DNA of 64,000 nt, from positions 4,460,587 through 4,524,586 of the forward strand of contig CM120648.1 of assembly GCA_051362555.1 (NCBI GenBank), in the 5' to 3' direction. The notes below the pieces were generated by a model. It saw nothing but the letters and a program-made list of their open reading frames with translations. It was not told the DNA's origin and did no database searches. Shown here piece after piece: positions 26,829 through 39,467 of the stretch. The number at the start of each line of letters is the position of its first letter. Positions within the stretch are counted from its first letter, which is position 1. The DNA comes from Lingula anatina. Taxonomy: Eukaryota > Animalia > Brachiopoda. Position numbers and translations under genes: made by a program.

Positions 26829-29800
26829 CTTGAGATTCACTTGGTGCATACCTGCACACAATGACTGACAAATAAATAAATGTGTGAATGTAATTTTTTT
26901 CTTCTGTGAATGTCAAGTACTGACTGATTTCACACAGGTCAAATTTTAAACATCATCGAAAAAATTCTCATTATCAAGAAAACCTACTTCAAATGGAACC
27001 ACTTAATCTAAAACTAATGAAATACCTGTTGGCAATTTGCATGTTGTTTAAAACATGAACCTACATATAATGACATGCCTCATATTAAAATACCTATTAT
27101 TTATATGATGTACATCTTAGTCTTATCAGTTATTTTCCCACGGCTTAACACCCATTCTGCACCTGTTGCCACTACACTGGGTTAATTTTCATGACAATAG
27201 GTCACCATGACCTCTGGTTGCTATGACCACTGGGTCACCATGACATTGGTTGATAACTATGGCACAAACAGGGTTACCATGACCTTGGGTTGCTACGACA
27301 CTGGGTAACTATGACCTTGGGTTGCCATGACACTGGGTCACTATGACCTTGGGGTGCCATGACACTGGGTCACCATGACCTTGGGGTGCCATGACACTGG
27401 GTCACCATGACCTTGGGCTACAAAGACAACAGGTCACCATGGCATGAAGTTACTAAATGGCCAGATCACTGCAGGTATGACATTGAGTTAACATGACACT
27501 AGCTTACCATGACACTTCCCTGTCTTCACATAGATGTCATCCAGTGCAATATCACCTAGGTTACTTCCATGGTCCACCATACAGAACTGCAGTCGCAGTG
27601 CCTCCTTGTACACTGGCACAGTGACAAACACCCTCTTCCACTCGTTCCCCTGGTCCCCCCTCAGGACCAGCAGCTCAGTGGTTTCACCCTCAGGGTTGAC
27701 AGCGAGGACCTTCAGAGCGCCAACGTATATGCTAACTGTTCCATGCATGTGGAAGTGAAAGTCCAGACAGGATGTCTCGTGGAGGAGGACTGGCAAGTCT
27801 ATCCTGGAGGTGGAATATAACACAGTGATGCATGAGAAAAGAATATATTAAAAATAAAAAAGTGAATTTAAGGAAATTGATAAAGTGATGTTGCAGTGTG
27901 GATCACATGTCCCTTGTAAATTGCCAAAGTGCCACCTATACTTTGGTTTCAAAACAAATAGTGGGATACACACTGGACCCACTTATCCCAGGTTTGGTTG
28001 AGCCAGGTATTTTGTCCCAAATCTCTTCAATGACACACAAATAAACTATCAGCATTACTGACATATAACAATACTGACAAAATGAGCTTTGTGTGACAAA
28101 TTGAGGATCCAGGGTGTTTTTGCAGTAGCTTTATCATACAGAATTTTACTGCACCAATGCAGTTTTAGAAGCCCCTATCCTCATAAAAGAGATTACGTAG
28201 CTCTCCCAGGCCACCAGTTTAAGCATATCTGTAAGTAAAACTGAAACAAAACTCAAAATTTCATTCTCCATTTATTCCAGTTCTGATATATAATTACCTG
28301 GCAGAATGCCCTATCTGCTCTCCTGTAATCTCTGTATAGATATAACAATCGTCCAGTTCTCCAGTGGTGTGGCCAGTTAAGGGTCCAGTGCCAACATCTG
28401 GGGTTGAGCCGCTGTGCAGTGTCCAGTTGAAGTTGTCCGTGGTGACATCTTGAGTTATTCCACACCAGCTGGACATTTCTCCCATACCAAAGTCACAGGT
28501 GAATGTTGAAACTGCAAGACATTTGTGAAATTTATACTTCTGCACACATATGCAAAAATAACTTTAAATCTGACATTATGTAGAAAACTGATAATAAGGT
28601 AACCTTTTTCATTCAACATAATTAAAAGGTTTCAGGATAAAAAGTGAAATCCTGTATCCATGCACCCTGATTTTATAGCATCCATTGGTTGCTATGGTTA
28701 CACTTACACAAACATGCCCCTGGCTCCAGTTTGATGTCATCTAATGCAATGTCGCTGTGGAAACTTTTTCCTCTGTGGCTGGTGAAATCAATTTCTAACT
28801 GCAATAACAAAAGTATGAAATTCCAGTAATATTAATTTTGCATTTTACCTTTACGGAGGAGGTTTACAGTTTATATTCACAAAAAAATCTTCATATCACA
28901 CCATTTTACCTTCTCTCTTGGTATAGGATGACTGACAAATAGATAGTAAGATCCTTTGAGAGAAGGAGGGGGTTATAAGGAGTGTAGGGACACAGACATG
29001 ACAGACGGACAGACAGACAAAGAGAGGGTGAGATATGGATGAAAAGGAAAGAAGACAGATGCACAGACATTCAGAGGACAGATGGACATACAGACATGAC
29101 AGACAGATAGACAGACGAACAGACCACAGAAAAACTGACAGATCAACTTACATTATCTCCTGGCTTCACAGTCACCCTTGCCTCCTGCCATTCCACTGAC
29201 TGCTCATGTGTCATAGTGTACAGGACTTCTCCCGCCTCCTCCATGTGGCTGCTCATGACTCTCAGGGTGCCGACATCGGCACCGTACATCATGTACCAGA
29301 AACTGAGGCAGGCCGTGTTGCCAACTTGGAACGGAAGGCGCAGTCTAGATAAAATGATTGGTTTAACTAGATTAGAATAATGGAATTTTTAGAGTAATTT
29401 TTTCAACTTCATAGCCATACAGACCTGCCTGTGTAAATTTGATTTCTTGTTATAAATCGATTTTCCACTGGAAAAAACTGCTTACCTTGCCATATCTTCC
29501 TGTTGTTGGTTGCTTCCATCTGTATAAATATACCAGTCCTCCACATCCCCCGTTGTGTGCCCTGCCCTGGGTCCAGTCTGCCATGTCCTTGTGACCCCCC
29601 TGTTGAGGACCCACTGCATTTCATCATGAAGGTCCTGTTCTATACCGCAAAATTTACCCTCAGGACCCTCACCAAAGTTGCATTCAAACTTTGTGACTGG
29701 AAAATTATGTAAAAATAGGGCAAAATCATATAAAATCACTGCTTAACAAAATTGAAGAAGTGGGAACCTCGGGTTACTATTGGTTCCATGACAAATATGA

Positions 29801-32800
29801 TCTTATAACTTAAGTTTTCTTTGGCAAAAGTATATATTACATAAATCACACAAACATGCTAATAAATACAGATTACAAAATATATCAATAAATAAAAGAT
29901 GGAATTTTTTTAAAGCAGTGTACCTTGACAGTGGCCAGGATACAAGTGGATGTCATCTATTGCCACGTCACTACGGTACGTGGAACCAACTGTCTTTTCA
30001 TATTCAAAGTGCAGCTGAAATCAAGAGAGAAATGCATGTTAAAATATCATCATATAGGCAAAAACAACTCATATCATATTTGTTTGTTATAGCCATTACG
30101 TGCAGATGTGATCCCATTGTGTTTGGATGTTCAAAAGATTGCACTTGGCTGTGCATACTTTAAGGATTATGTTGTGTACAAAAAACAGCACAACACAAAT
30201 GTACAAGTTTAACAACTTACCACCTTCCATCGACTGATCTGTACACTGCCATAATTCCATAAATTGCCCTGATTACCAGCCCGCATCCATACGACCTGTC
30301 TAGGCTCTCCTGGAATGGAGGCCAGAATCCTCAGCGTTCCCTGATTAGTTCCATACATGTGGTACCAGAATGTCAGGCAAGAGTCAGCACCAACAGCGAA
30401 TGGAAGTGTAGCACTAGATAAGGACATTAAGAAAAGATTTTATTTTTAGCCTGATATCCAAGATAAACTGACCAAGGTAACTTTAAAAAGAAGTAAATTA
30501 CCAGCAACATGCGCTCTATTATGTACAAGTTAATTCAAAGCATTGGCATTTTTTCTAATTTAAACCATCCAAGAAATACCAGCTACAAGTATTTGAAATA
30601 TCCACCCACTGCCATAGCAGTAAGATTTCTCCAAATTTATCACAATCTGCTGCCCTAAGAAGTTGGTCAAGTTCAAAGTAACAGGGCTTACCACCATATT
30701 TAGAAATATCATTTTCTAACCCTCATCCACACATCTCCATTTTGTTTATAAAGTACTGATTATATTTGTTATCTTTTTTCAAAACATCAAACGATGGCCC
30801 TCAAAATAGATTGATTAATAAACAACAACATGCCACTATTTAATACTCTTATACCTTGCTTTATCGCCTTGTGGAATCCCAGATGTCTCAGTGAACATGT
30901 AGAAATCTAGCAATCCTCCATCTGTGTGGCCCACAACTGGCCCAGTGCCAATGGACGGAGTTGACCCACATTTGAAGGACCAATCAAAGTCGTCCGTTTC
31001 AGCCTGCTCAATCCCACAGGTCTCTTGCTGGCCCTCGCCAAAATCACATTTGAATTCAATGACTGGAAAACGGGTAAATTGAAAAAAGTTTTTAGGCCAA
31101 TAGCTGCTTTAATTGATTCAGTATTTTTATCTCTGCATTAATCAATGCAACTGACATCTAGATTGTTCTCTGAGTCACTTAATCTCTTCCATTCCCTCAT
31201 GTGCCTTTTGGATTAATTAAAAAAACAACAACTATTTTTCATTTATACATGCACTGACAGTAATATTTGCTCCATTAATTATCTTCCATTTCCTCATCAA
31301 CCTTTTCATTTATCACTATTTATTAAAATATCTTATTCTGAAAAAGAAATAAAAAGGCTTTATAATGTACCTTCACAAGCACCTGCATGTATAAAGAGAT
31401 CATCAATGGCAATATCACTGTTGAATCCATCAATCACTGCGATGAACTCTATGGATACCTGGAACAATTAAGAATCAAAGTTACTGGAGGAAAAAGTAGA
31501 CATACTTTACATGGAAGAAAATATGTGACAGTTTTCCTTGACTATGTGTCCATTTGGGAATGTTTAATGTCTGTGGCTCGATCTCTAACTGTGGTGTGTG
31601 CTATCAAACAGAAATGACCAAAGGCTCAATTTTGATATCATTTTTTTTGAGAAAATGTACAGTGTAATATCAATTAAGGTGTTTGTGAAAAGTTGTGTGT
31701 AGCACCTGTGGATTCTATTTCTGAAGAATCTTCTTCAACACAAATATATGTTGAGCATTTTCAGATTGATCAAACTATACTGAACTGGCTTTGTGTCTTT
31801 ATAAAGGATACCTAGCGCAGTATTCCCCTCACCTCAGTCTGTCTGTACAGAGTGACATTGGCCTGCTGCCAGTCATCACCTTGGCAACCGTGTCTTGACC
31901 ACAGGACAGTGGTGTGGCCCTGGGTGCTGACCGTGCGGACCTTCAAATACATACCCTCGTCTCCCTTCATGTGATACCAAAACTGAAGGCAGGTTTTACT
32001 GGACAGGACATAGGGAAGTCTTAAACTGAAAAAAAAAAAATGAAATGTGTACTAGTATTATCTATACTTCAGTTAGAATTCAATTCACGCCATTAATTTT
32101 TATTTTAAAAAAAACTACTCATATTTCACTATTCACAGTTGAACTACATGTATCGGTACATGTATTAATTACCTCTACCTAATACAAGACCATTGTGTGA
32201 ATGACATTAATATCATTCGGTTGATATCTTACACTGCATAATCTCCATGTTTTCTTGGATGACTGCTTTCAGCATAAGCATAGAAGTCATGTGCATTTCC
32301 TGTGTGACCGGAACTTGGTCCTGTCTTGGGTGTCAAAGTGCCATCTATGTTCAGGTCCCAGTCAAACCTGTCATTCTGCATGTTCACAATGCCACACCAA
32401 TCGCTTCTGTTATTCTGTGAGAAGTCACAAGCAAACTGATCAACTGAAAAAAGGACATCCTTCAGTACACACCTTGTAATGAACATAGATTCCACATCTG
32501 TTAAAATATATGCTAAATTGTTGAGGAAAATTGGATGATTATACAGATAGGGCATAATTTTTTCTGGCCAAATGGTTTCTTGAACCTTTGCAAACAGGAA
32601 TAATACACTCTACCTCGATATCCATGAAATGTTACTATCAGTGAAAATTTTCTGTTATACCCTCCTAATTTCCTTCACAAACCACAACAACTTACATGTA
32701 AACAGTTATGATGGGCTGTTATGAGACCTTATAAGTCAAAACCCTATCTCACTTAACTGACCATGCAGTGACCATAAAATGACCTTTGACCTCGTGTCCT

Positions 32801-35516
32801 CACCTGAGCATTCTCCAGAAACCAGCAGCACATCATCGATGGCAATGTCCCCCTTCCAACCGTCTCCAACCACCCCCTCAAACAGAATCTGAGAAGGCAA
32901 AATCTTTGGAGTTAGCACGTAGATACCAGGGTTAACAGTGATCCTGGCCCGCCGCCATTCATTGCCTTGGTCCCCATGCATGCCCCAGATCTCAGTGGCC
33001 AAGCTCTCGAATGGTTTCAGAAAGATGCGAAGAGATCCAACCTGGCTGCCGTGCATGTGGTACCAGAACTGCAGGCAGGAGATGGTGTAGATAGTTGGTG
33101 GTAACATGAATCTGAATAGCAGAACAATACTAAGGTAAAACACAGAACAATATTCTATAGGACAGGATAAATTATTCAAATTTACGTCTCTAGGGGTAAT
33201 TTCTTAAGGTACTAATTTCAGTACAGTACATGGATGACAAACTAGACCAGTCAATCTGACCAAAATATATATACTCAGCAGACAGTGTTATTCAGATACC
33301 GTACACAAGTAACATGGTACTACTTATAAATAACAAGAATGATACCAAGAAATCCAATAATTAACATATTATTATGCTGGCTTCATGTTAACATGCATGC
33401 AGACGTGTACAGAATATACATTATCAGGGTACATGTACAGGTACATGAGGATCAGCCGGAACTGGGAATGAAGCCTTATGAATCAGTTTCAATCTAGAAA
33501 ATATGTTCTAAAAGAAAAAGTTCAATTTATATAGTTTAGTAAGCCTAGACATAATGAAATATCTGCTAAGACAATGAGCAGCACATGCAGGTAAGGGCAT
33601 TTACGCACCCCCTCCCCCTTAAATGAATTCATATAATGCGTGTCAACATTAGCCATCTTACAAACACAATCAATTTACCTGGCATTCTCCCTCACCACTC
33701 GTGGACTGCTGGCTTCCAAATAGAAGTAGATGTCCCCCACGTCCCCCGTGGTGTGGCCTTGGGCTGGACCAGTCATCTTCGAGGTTGTCTCGCCATTATG
33801 TAATGTCCAGTCGAAATTGTCGTCCTGGGACTGAATTATGCCACACTTGCTGGCCCCCTCACCAGTGCCGAAGTTACAGTGGAACAGCTGCACTTTACCT
33901 AGAATTCAGTTGTTTGTGAAGTTGTGTTGTTGGTGATAAATAAAAGTATAATGCTTGACCCTTATAGTATAATAATTATTATATAAATATACTAGTGGAT
34001 TGGGTCCTTGGTCAGGATCGTTTATGGATGGGGGGGGGGGGGGGAGTGGGCATGAGCAGAGAAAATGTGCTTAAGTCCTACTTGCTAAAGCATGGGTTTT
34101 GCAAAGTCCGCCATCACTCTGAGAACTAGCTTCCGGATTTCCTGTGATTCAGTTTTTTCAGAATTTTTTGGAAGGGTAATGTACGTAACTCTTGGTATTT
34201 GTCTGTTTAAAAAATGATTTAAAAAACAGGTGGTTTATGTACTTTATTATTAACAAAGTGTCTCAAATCTTAAAATATTTAAAATTAAAGTATTCAGAAG
34301 CGATAAGTTATACAGCAGCCTAGCATTTACTTACCTGCGTCAGTTTCATCACCAGGAGCAGGACCACCTGAAAGGAAAAAAGGAGAAATAATGAACTAAT
34401 TTTACTTATTTGACTAAGAATTTAATTACCAAGGTTACCAGGTCACATTTTTTTTTTTTTTTTGTGAAACTGGGGCCAGTTTACACAGTATAGACCTCTT
34501 ATTATCATGGACTTGATGGAGAAAATATCATTATTCAGTGCAAATTAACTGTTACTTCTTTCAACACAATAAACATTACTCGAAGAAAAAAAATTCAAGG
34601 TAGCATCATTTACATGTATTTCGTGATATTCAAATACAGTTGTACGGGTCTGCTAGGTCAAGCAAAATCATCACCTCAGCAGCTACAGAGTGCTTTATTT
34701 AGAAGCCCGAATTTCAAAGGCGATTCTTTTTTTTAGTCACCGTAGTTGACCAAATTTGAGAAATGAAACAGAAATGGCCTTGGTCAATTTTCAGAAATTT
34801 TGAGTCAGTGTGGACCTTTTCCGACCAAACGAGCGGTTCTTTCAATTTCCTCCCTTTCCAAATTTTATGTGTTTGTTGTTACAGTTCAATACGTCAAAAT
34901 GCAATTTATTAAAAACGTTTTACCTTGGAGGCAGCGTTTTTGCTCAAAGACAATTTACCTTTCACGGCAGCGAGCAGGAAGGCAAGCCACCTCAAATAAT
35001 GCAGCATCTTTCCCGTCACTATCGTAGCGAGTCTGAGTTCCTGAATCAGCCAAAGTAAATGGCAAATACTCAAGAAGCACAGGCAAGGAACTGACAGTTG
35101 AGTCGCTCCCCAGTCGGTCGGCAAAGACAGGTGAAGATGGACAAAAAACCCGACTGCAACTCGGATACACCAGGAAAAATCGCCCTGCTACTACCGCCGA
35201 CACGTTGGTCGGTAAGCGGTCACACTCAGGGCGAAGGGGAAAGCAAGAATGACCGTGTCGTAGTGTATCCGATCTCAGAAGATTACCTCTCAGTCATGTG
35301 ACGTTGGAGTGAGGCATTCTTGAATTCTTGGAATCGGTTTCGTTCTGCTTCGCAGATTTCTTCACAAAAGGTGAGGAGTAGTGATAATGCTGTTTGGCGA
35401 GGTCATTTTGAGAACGGTTCTTATAAGACTGAAAATTATGATCGGTTCTCATAAGAATTAAAAAGAATATATCAAAGAAACATTATACAAAATGACATTC
35501 GTGTTTAAATCATTGT

Positions 35517-35557
<41 letters not shown>

Positions 35558-35774
35558 GATAGATTGGCTCTACCGTGCGCACACCAGTACTGTCAAATTT
35601 CAGTTCACCTTGAGAGAACAGTTTCATTAGCTCTGTATGTATCAATTCAAATTATTGAATTATTTATTGTTTTTCTTTTTATCAAGAGCTTGTAAAATAT
35701 GTGGGTATTACCTCCAATATTTCTGTGACTGTCAGTCACCATCATCAGGTAGTAAATGACTAGGGTCATTTCAC
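14714..35774 (-). CDS. Multi-MAM / EGF / IgGFc-binding / ZP-domain type-I membrane glycoprotein (about 35 exons, about 2,250 aa; start exon uncertain)
   Basis: Seven MAM repeats (C[DN]F...C...W...TGP..GHT; CL.FWYHM.G...G.L; W...G.QG..W; DIA[IL]DD...G.C) lie between 33898 and 22244. They are followed by an EGF exon 21828-21724, an IgGFc-binding exon 21503-20269, [11 protein letters not shown]...[13 protein letters not shown] exons 19107-16195, and [25 protein letters not shown] with stop at 14714. Splice phases were consistent at the junctions checked. Confidence 0.9.
16195..19107 (-). other. Zona pellucida (ZP-N + ZP-C) domain exons of the MAM-ZP gene
   Basis: Motifs VRIVC...SC...LNRCGV...[10 protein letters not shown], then [10 protein letters not shown]...LYITNC...LIDSQGC...FRVIKY...[10 protein letters not shown]...CDGC. 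These are followed by VNKR and a hydrophobic patch [12 protein letters not shown] (EHP-like). Confidence 0.85.
20269..21503 (-). other. IgGFc-binding protein (FCGBP) N-terminal domain, single 1,235-bp exon
   Basis: Motifs [88 protein letters not shown]. Confidence 0.9.
26742..26827. repeat. Compound (CA)n(GA)n microsatellite
   Basis: Directly visible. Confidence 0.95.
27175..27442. repeat. 32-bp minisatellite (CTGGGTCACCATGACCTTGGGGTGCCATGACA), itself made of two related 16-mers
   Basis: CTGGGT recurs at 27301, 27333, 27365 and 27397; intronic. Confidence 0.9.
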
Positions 35775-36819
35775 CTGGAATGAGAATCCGCTCGGCTGAC
35801 TGCAATTTAGCGTGAACCCCCAGGGAGTTAGGTCGATCTAAATCTTAATCTTTAGATCGATCTAAATCTCTGGGAAAGCATCCCTTGTTATCGACCAACA
35901 CTGGGCTAAATTATGCAGTTTATTTTCATTTCATTGTTATTTGCTAATTAAATTATATGAAATAGAATAGAAAGTGGTGAACCCAAAATCAAGGTTTTCA
36001 CTATTACCAGTAAAACGATGTTCACAGATAAATTTTACAATTCACGGTTCACAAATAGATTTTACTCTTTACCTGTCTCCTGGCACCTGCAGGTGCCCCG
36101 AAAAAATTTGGCATTTTAGAGGGCGAATGGTGCCATTTGGTACGGTTTAAAACTATGATTCAGTTGGACAAAATAAGAATTTCAAAAATTTCAAGAGGGG
36201 CCAGAAATCGAAGGACACCCCTGACCCCCCTTTAAATCCACCACCGATCTGCTTCACGTGAGTTTATCATGTGTTTCACGTAGAGTGTCTCTCACGTGTC
36301 CCACCGCTCCCTCTTTAAAATCTCTGGTCAGTTAAATCGACTTTTTCTCAAAAAGTATTGTTTCGGAAATGTAGTTTCTTGGCCATCTACTGCAGCGTAA
36401 TTAAAATGGTATGTCACAAGTCGAAGTTTATGATTGGTTTTTTTTTCTTCTCTCCTGTTTGTGTAAAATCTACCATGGAAGATGGGTGGCCAGATTTAGG
36501 TCCCATCTAAATGGGACTTTTACCACGTGCCTTGGTGACATTGAAAAAATGAATGCATTTAAATTCCATTTCCGTCATTTATTATTTCCACGTGTCTTTT
36601 ATCAATCCGTAATAATCATGGACATGGTGTTAGTGTGCGTGCCTCTACAAAAGTGTTGCTGGACTTGATGAAATTATGATCAAAAACAAATTACGAATTT
36701 TTACTGTGTCACAAGTACAGCAATGCAATCCATTCAATCAAAAGTTTTGACATCAAAAATCCATTCTACGTTCCCAACCCTCGTCAAGGTTAAAATAGAA
36801 CTTCTCTCGGATTAAGACG

Positions 36820-36995
36820 AAAAAAACGTGGGAATAAAAAGTTTTCCTTCGCGGATAACGAAAATACCCAATGAGACCCTCATAAAGGGGGCTTTCCCTT
36901 CGGAAATCCCAACGTCCTATTTTTATTAACTTGTTTGCTTGTTTGGTTCGCAACATCCGGGACCCTTGTGATAAAAATGAAAAGAAAGATATCGA
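36820..36995. promoter_or_regulatory. Putative NF-kB/Rel site pair, copy 1
   Basis: GGGGCTTTCC at 36888-36897 fits GGGRNYYYCC; GGAAATCCC at 36902-36910. The block is repeated at 38368-38460 and lies upstream of the MAM-ZP gene. Confidence 0.45.
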
Positions 36996-37196
36996 TTAGT
37001 CGGCAAATACTACCGCCAGTTCCACCTTTTAGATTGTAGAACATTCCACAATATTCACTTAGGGTGATATTTTGAGGAGAATCAATTTTCTATCAACCAA
37101 GAAAACATTGAAAAGGAGATCAACAGTTTACAGCCTATTTTCATATTGTACCTTTATTGGCAACAGGTGAGTGAGTGATTGAGTGAGGAGTAAAAG

Positions 37197-37365
37197 CAGG
37201 CCCGTAGCCAGGGGGTGTTCGGGGGGGTTCGAAAGAACCGCCCCTTTTGCTGGGAAAAGGTCCACTCTGGGTAAAATTTGATCTAGGTACATGAAGTTTT
37301 TATGGGAAAGGGTCCACTTTTTCAGAAAAAGAACCCACCTTTTGAGATTGCTGGCTACGGGCCTG
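37197..37365 (+). mobile_element. Short MITE with CAGGCCCGTAGCCAG termini
   Basis: TIR CAGGCCCGTAGCCAG / CTGGCTACGGGCCTG; inverted copy at 53801-53970 and a degenerate relative near 11625. Confidence 0.8.
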
Positions 37366-38367
37366 AAAAGCATCTGGAGACCCACAAATGTTAGTCATGA
37401 ACATGATGTGGCTCTGATAAATCGTCTTTTTCAACATAACGTAAGAAGATTTTATCATATACCTGTATGGGGTACTTGTTGTGTTTACAGTCTAGTGGTG
37501 TATAATGCGAAAATATCTTCAGTCTGTAGTGTAGAAATAACTTCAAATATCGAAACATGGATGTGATATTAAAATAGTCCAGTTTTTATATGCCACGCTT
37601 CGCTGAGTCTTGGTACTTTTTACTATTCACAACAAAAATGTTCCTCATGCCTCCAATATAATATTAAATGCGCAATAAGGGGGATGGGTACATGTGCATG
37701 TATGTGCACGTTAAAATGGCCATAATTGATCAAACTAGCTTTCCCCCATTTCAATTATATAAAATATGAAGATGTCATTGTAATAAAAATTTACACTTGT
37801 AGAGCAAAAATTCCTTTTTGTGCTGTTTAATTCACCACCCACGCATTTCTGGTTGAATTACTAAACAAAATTTAAAACACAAAATCCCTGCTGTTCTGTT
37901 ATCAGTTTGAAATGGCAAATTCACTATGATCTATCTTTGCTGTTACAGCATTATCTCAGGACATGGCGAGGTTGATTTCTGCATTATCAAAACAGATAAA
38001 GAAACAGATCCTAAAGTACCTACTGCCCCCTTAAAACCTGCTTTTAAAGCCCGTAACTTTGCTCTATTAACATACAAAAGGTCCTTTTAATCTTTTGTTA
38101 CGCATTAACTGCAATAATAAAGGTCTTTATTTTTAGAAACTCCCATGCCCATTCAATATCAAACGCAAATAAGCTCGTTTAAAATCCTCTTTCAGTTTTC
38201 AGTTGTACAAACGTGTATTAGGCATAATCCAACTTTTGGGCTGTGCAGCCAATTAAGTTTATCAGGGTCCCTTCTCTGCTCATTGATGTACTTTTTCTGT
38301 TGCTTTGCACTTTACATATCAGTAAAAATGAGTTTCAGTATGAATTTGAACGTTCACGCATCTTGGG

Positions 38368-38460
38368 GGAATAGTTTTCCTTCACGGATAACGAAAATAC
38401 CCAATGGGAGCCTCATAAAGGGGGTTTCCCTTTGGAAATCCCAACGTCCTATTTTAATTG
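38368..38460. promoter_or_regulatory. Putative NF-kB/Rel site pair, copy 2
   Basis: GGGGGTTTCCC at 38420-38430 and GGAAATCCC at 38434-38442, inside a direct repeat of 36820-36930. Confidence 0.45.
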
Positions 38461-38799
38461 TTTATCGATTTTTAAATTGCATAAAAGGCATATCTGTATA
38501 GGGCTACAAGCTCAATCGGTAAATTTTCGCTGGGGTTAATTTAATTCAAGTGAAAATGACTCACTTCTTCGAAGGTAAATCAGTTCAGGCCACTGGGCTT
38601 GTACAAATGTAAATGGTTCAAGGGCATATACGACAAGTTAGCAGAACATGCCAGGTATCCGAAGCTTCTGAGGCTAAATATTAACATAGAAGTACCGGTA
38701 TATTAAAAGTGTTGCGTGTTTCACAACATCCGGGACCCGTGTGATAAAGGCGACAACAAAGATATTGATTAAGATTTTGGCAGTATGCCCTGATACCCG

Positions 38800-39467
38800 C
38801 ACCCTGAGCTTCAGAGCTAACTTGACACTAACTTCTTCACTGTAGCCTATCTTCATCGTGTCAAGTAACCTCTGACGAAAATAGTTTGACCTAGTTTATA
38901 TAAGCCAATCAAATCCATGTTTCAAAATTTTTCACCAAAGTTTGGTGAAAACGCTGATTGGTTGACCGTCAATCGGCAATCCTCGGCTGATTCCGCAAGC
39001 TCCATACTAACAACAAAGTTATTGTCGAGTGCGGAGACATCCGAGTAGTTCCGAGTGTATTACCGTACACAAAGAAAGCAAGGCGAGTGACTACGAAAAA
39101 GAATGTGTTAAGTTATCTCTTGATTCTTTGCAAAATATGAGTAAATCGGAATTGAAACCATAGGGTCTAGCAGTTTGAGGCCCTGCATCATTATCTACTG
39201 AGAGACGATGTTATTTGCGTGCTGCCCACAGGTTACGGCAAGACCCTGATATTCAGCCTTATCTTTGATTGGTCCGGATTTGAACAAAGCGCGCTTTGAC
39301 ACGTTCGCGTTCATTGGCTAGATCGTTTAATGAGTCATTGAGTGCGGGCTTTTAAATTTGATTGGCGGGCGGCGGAGGCAATCGAATCTGGTCAGAGGTT
39401 ACTTGACACGATGAAGATAGGCTACAGTGAATAGGTTAGTGTCAAGTTAGCTCTGAAGCTCAGGGTG
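38800..39467 (-). mobile_element. Second copy (inverted) of the MITE at 141-809
   Basis: Same TIRs; TSD GATACCCG at 38792-38799 and 39468-39475; the interior is the reverse complement of 141-809. Confidence 0.95.

Noticed and set aside
37463-37558. Candidate first coding exon of the MAM-ZP gene (MFRYLKLF...)
   Set aside because: It has no signal-peptide character and its phase 0 end does not fit the next exon's frame; at best it is 5' UTR.
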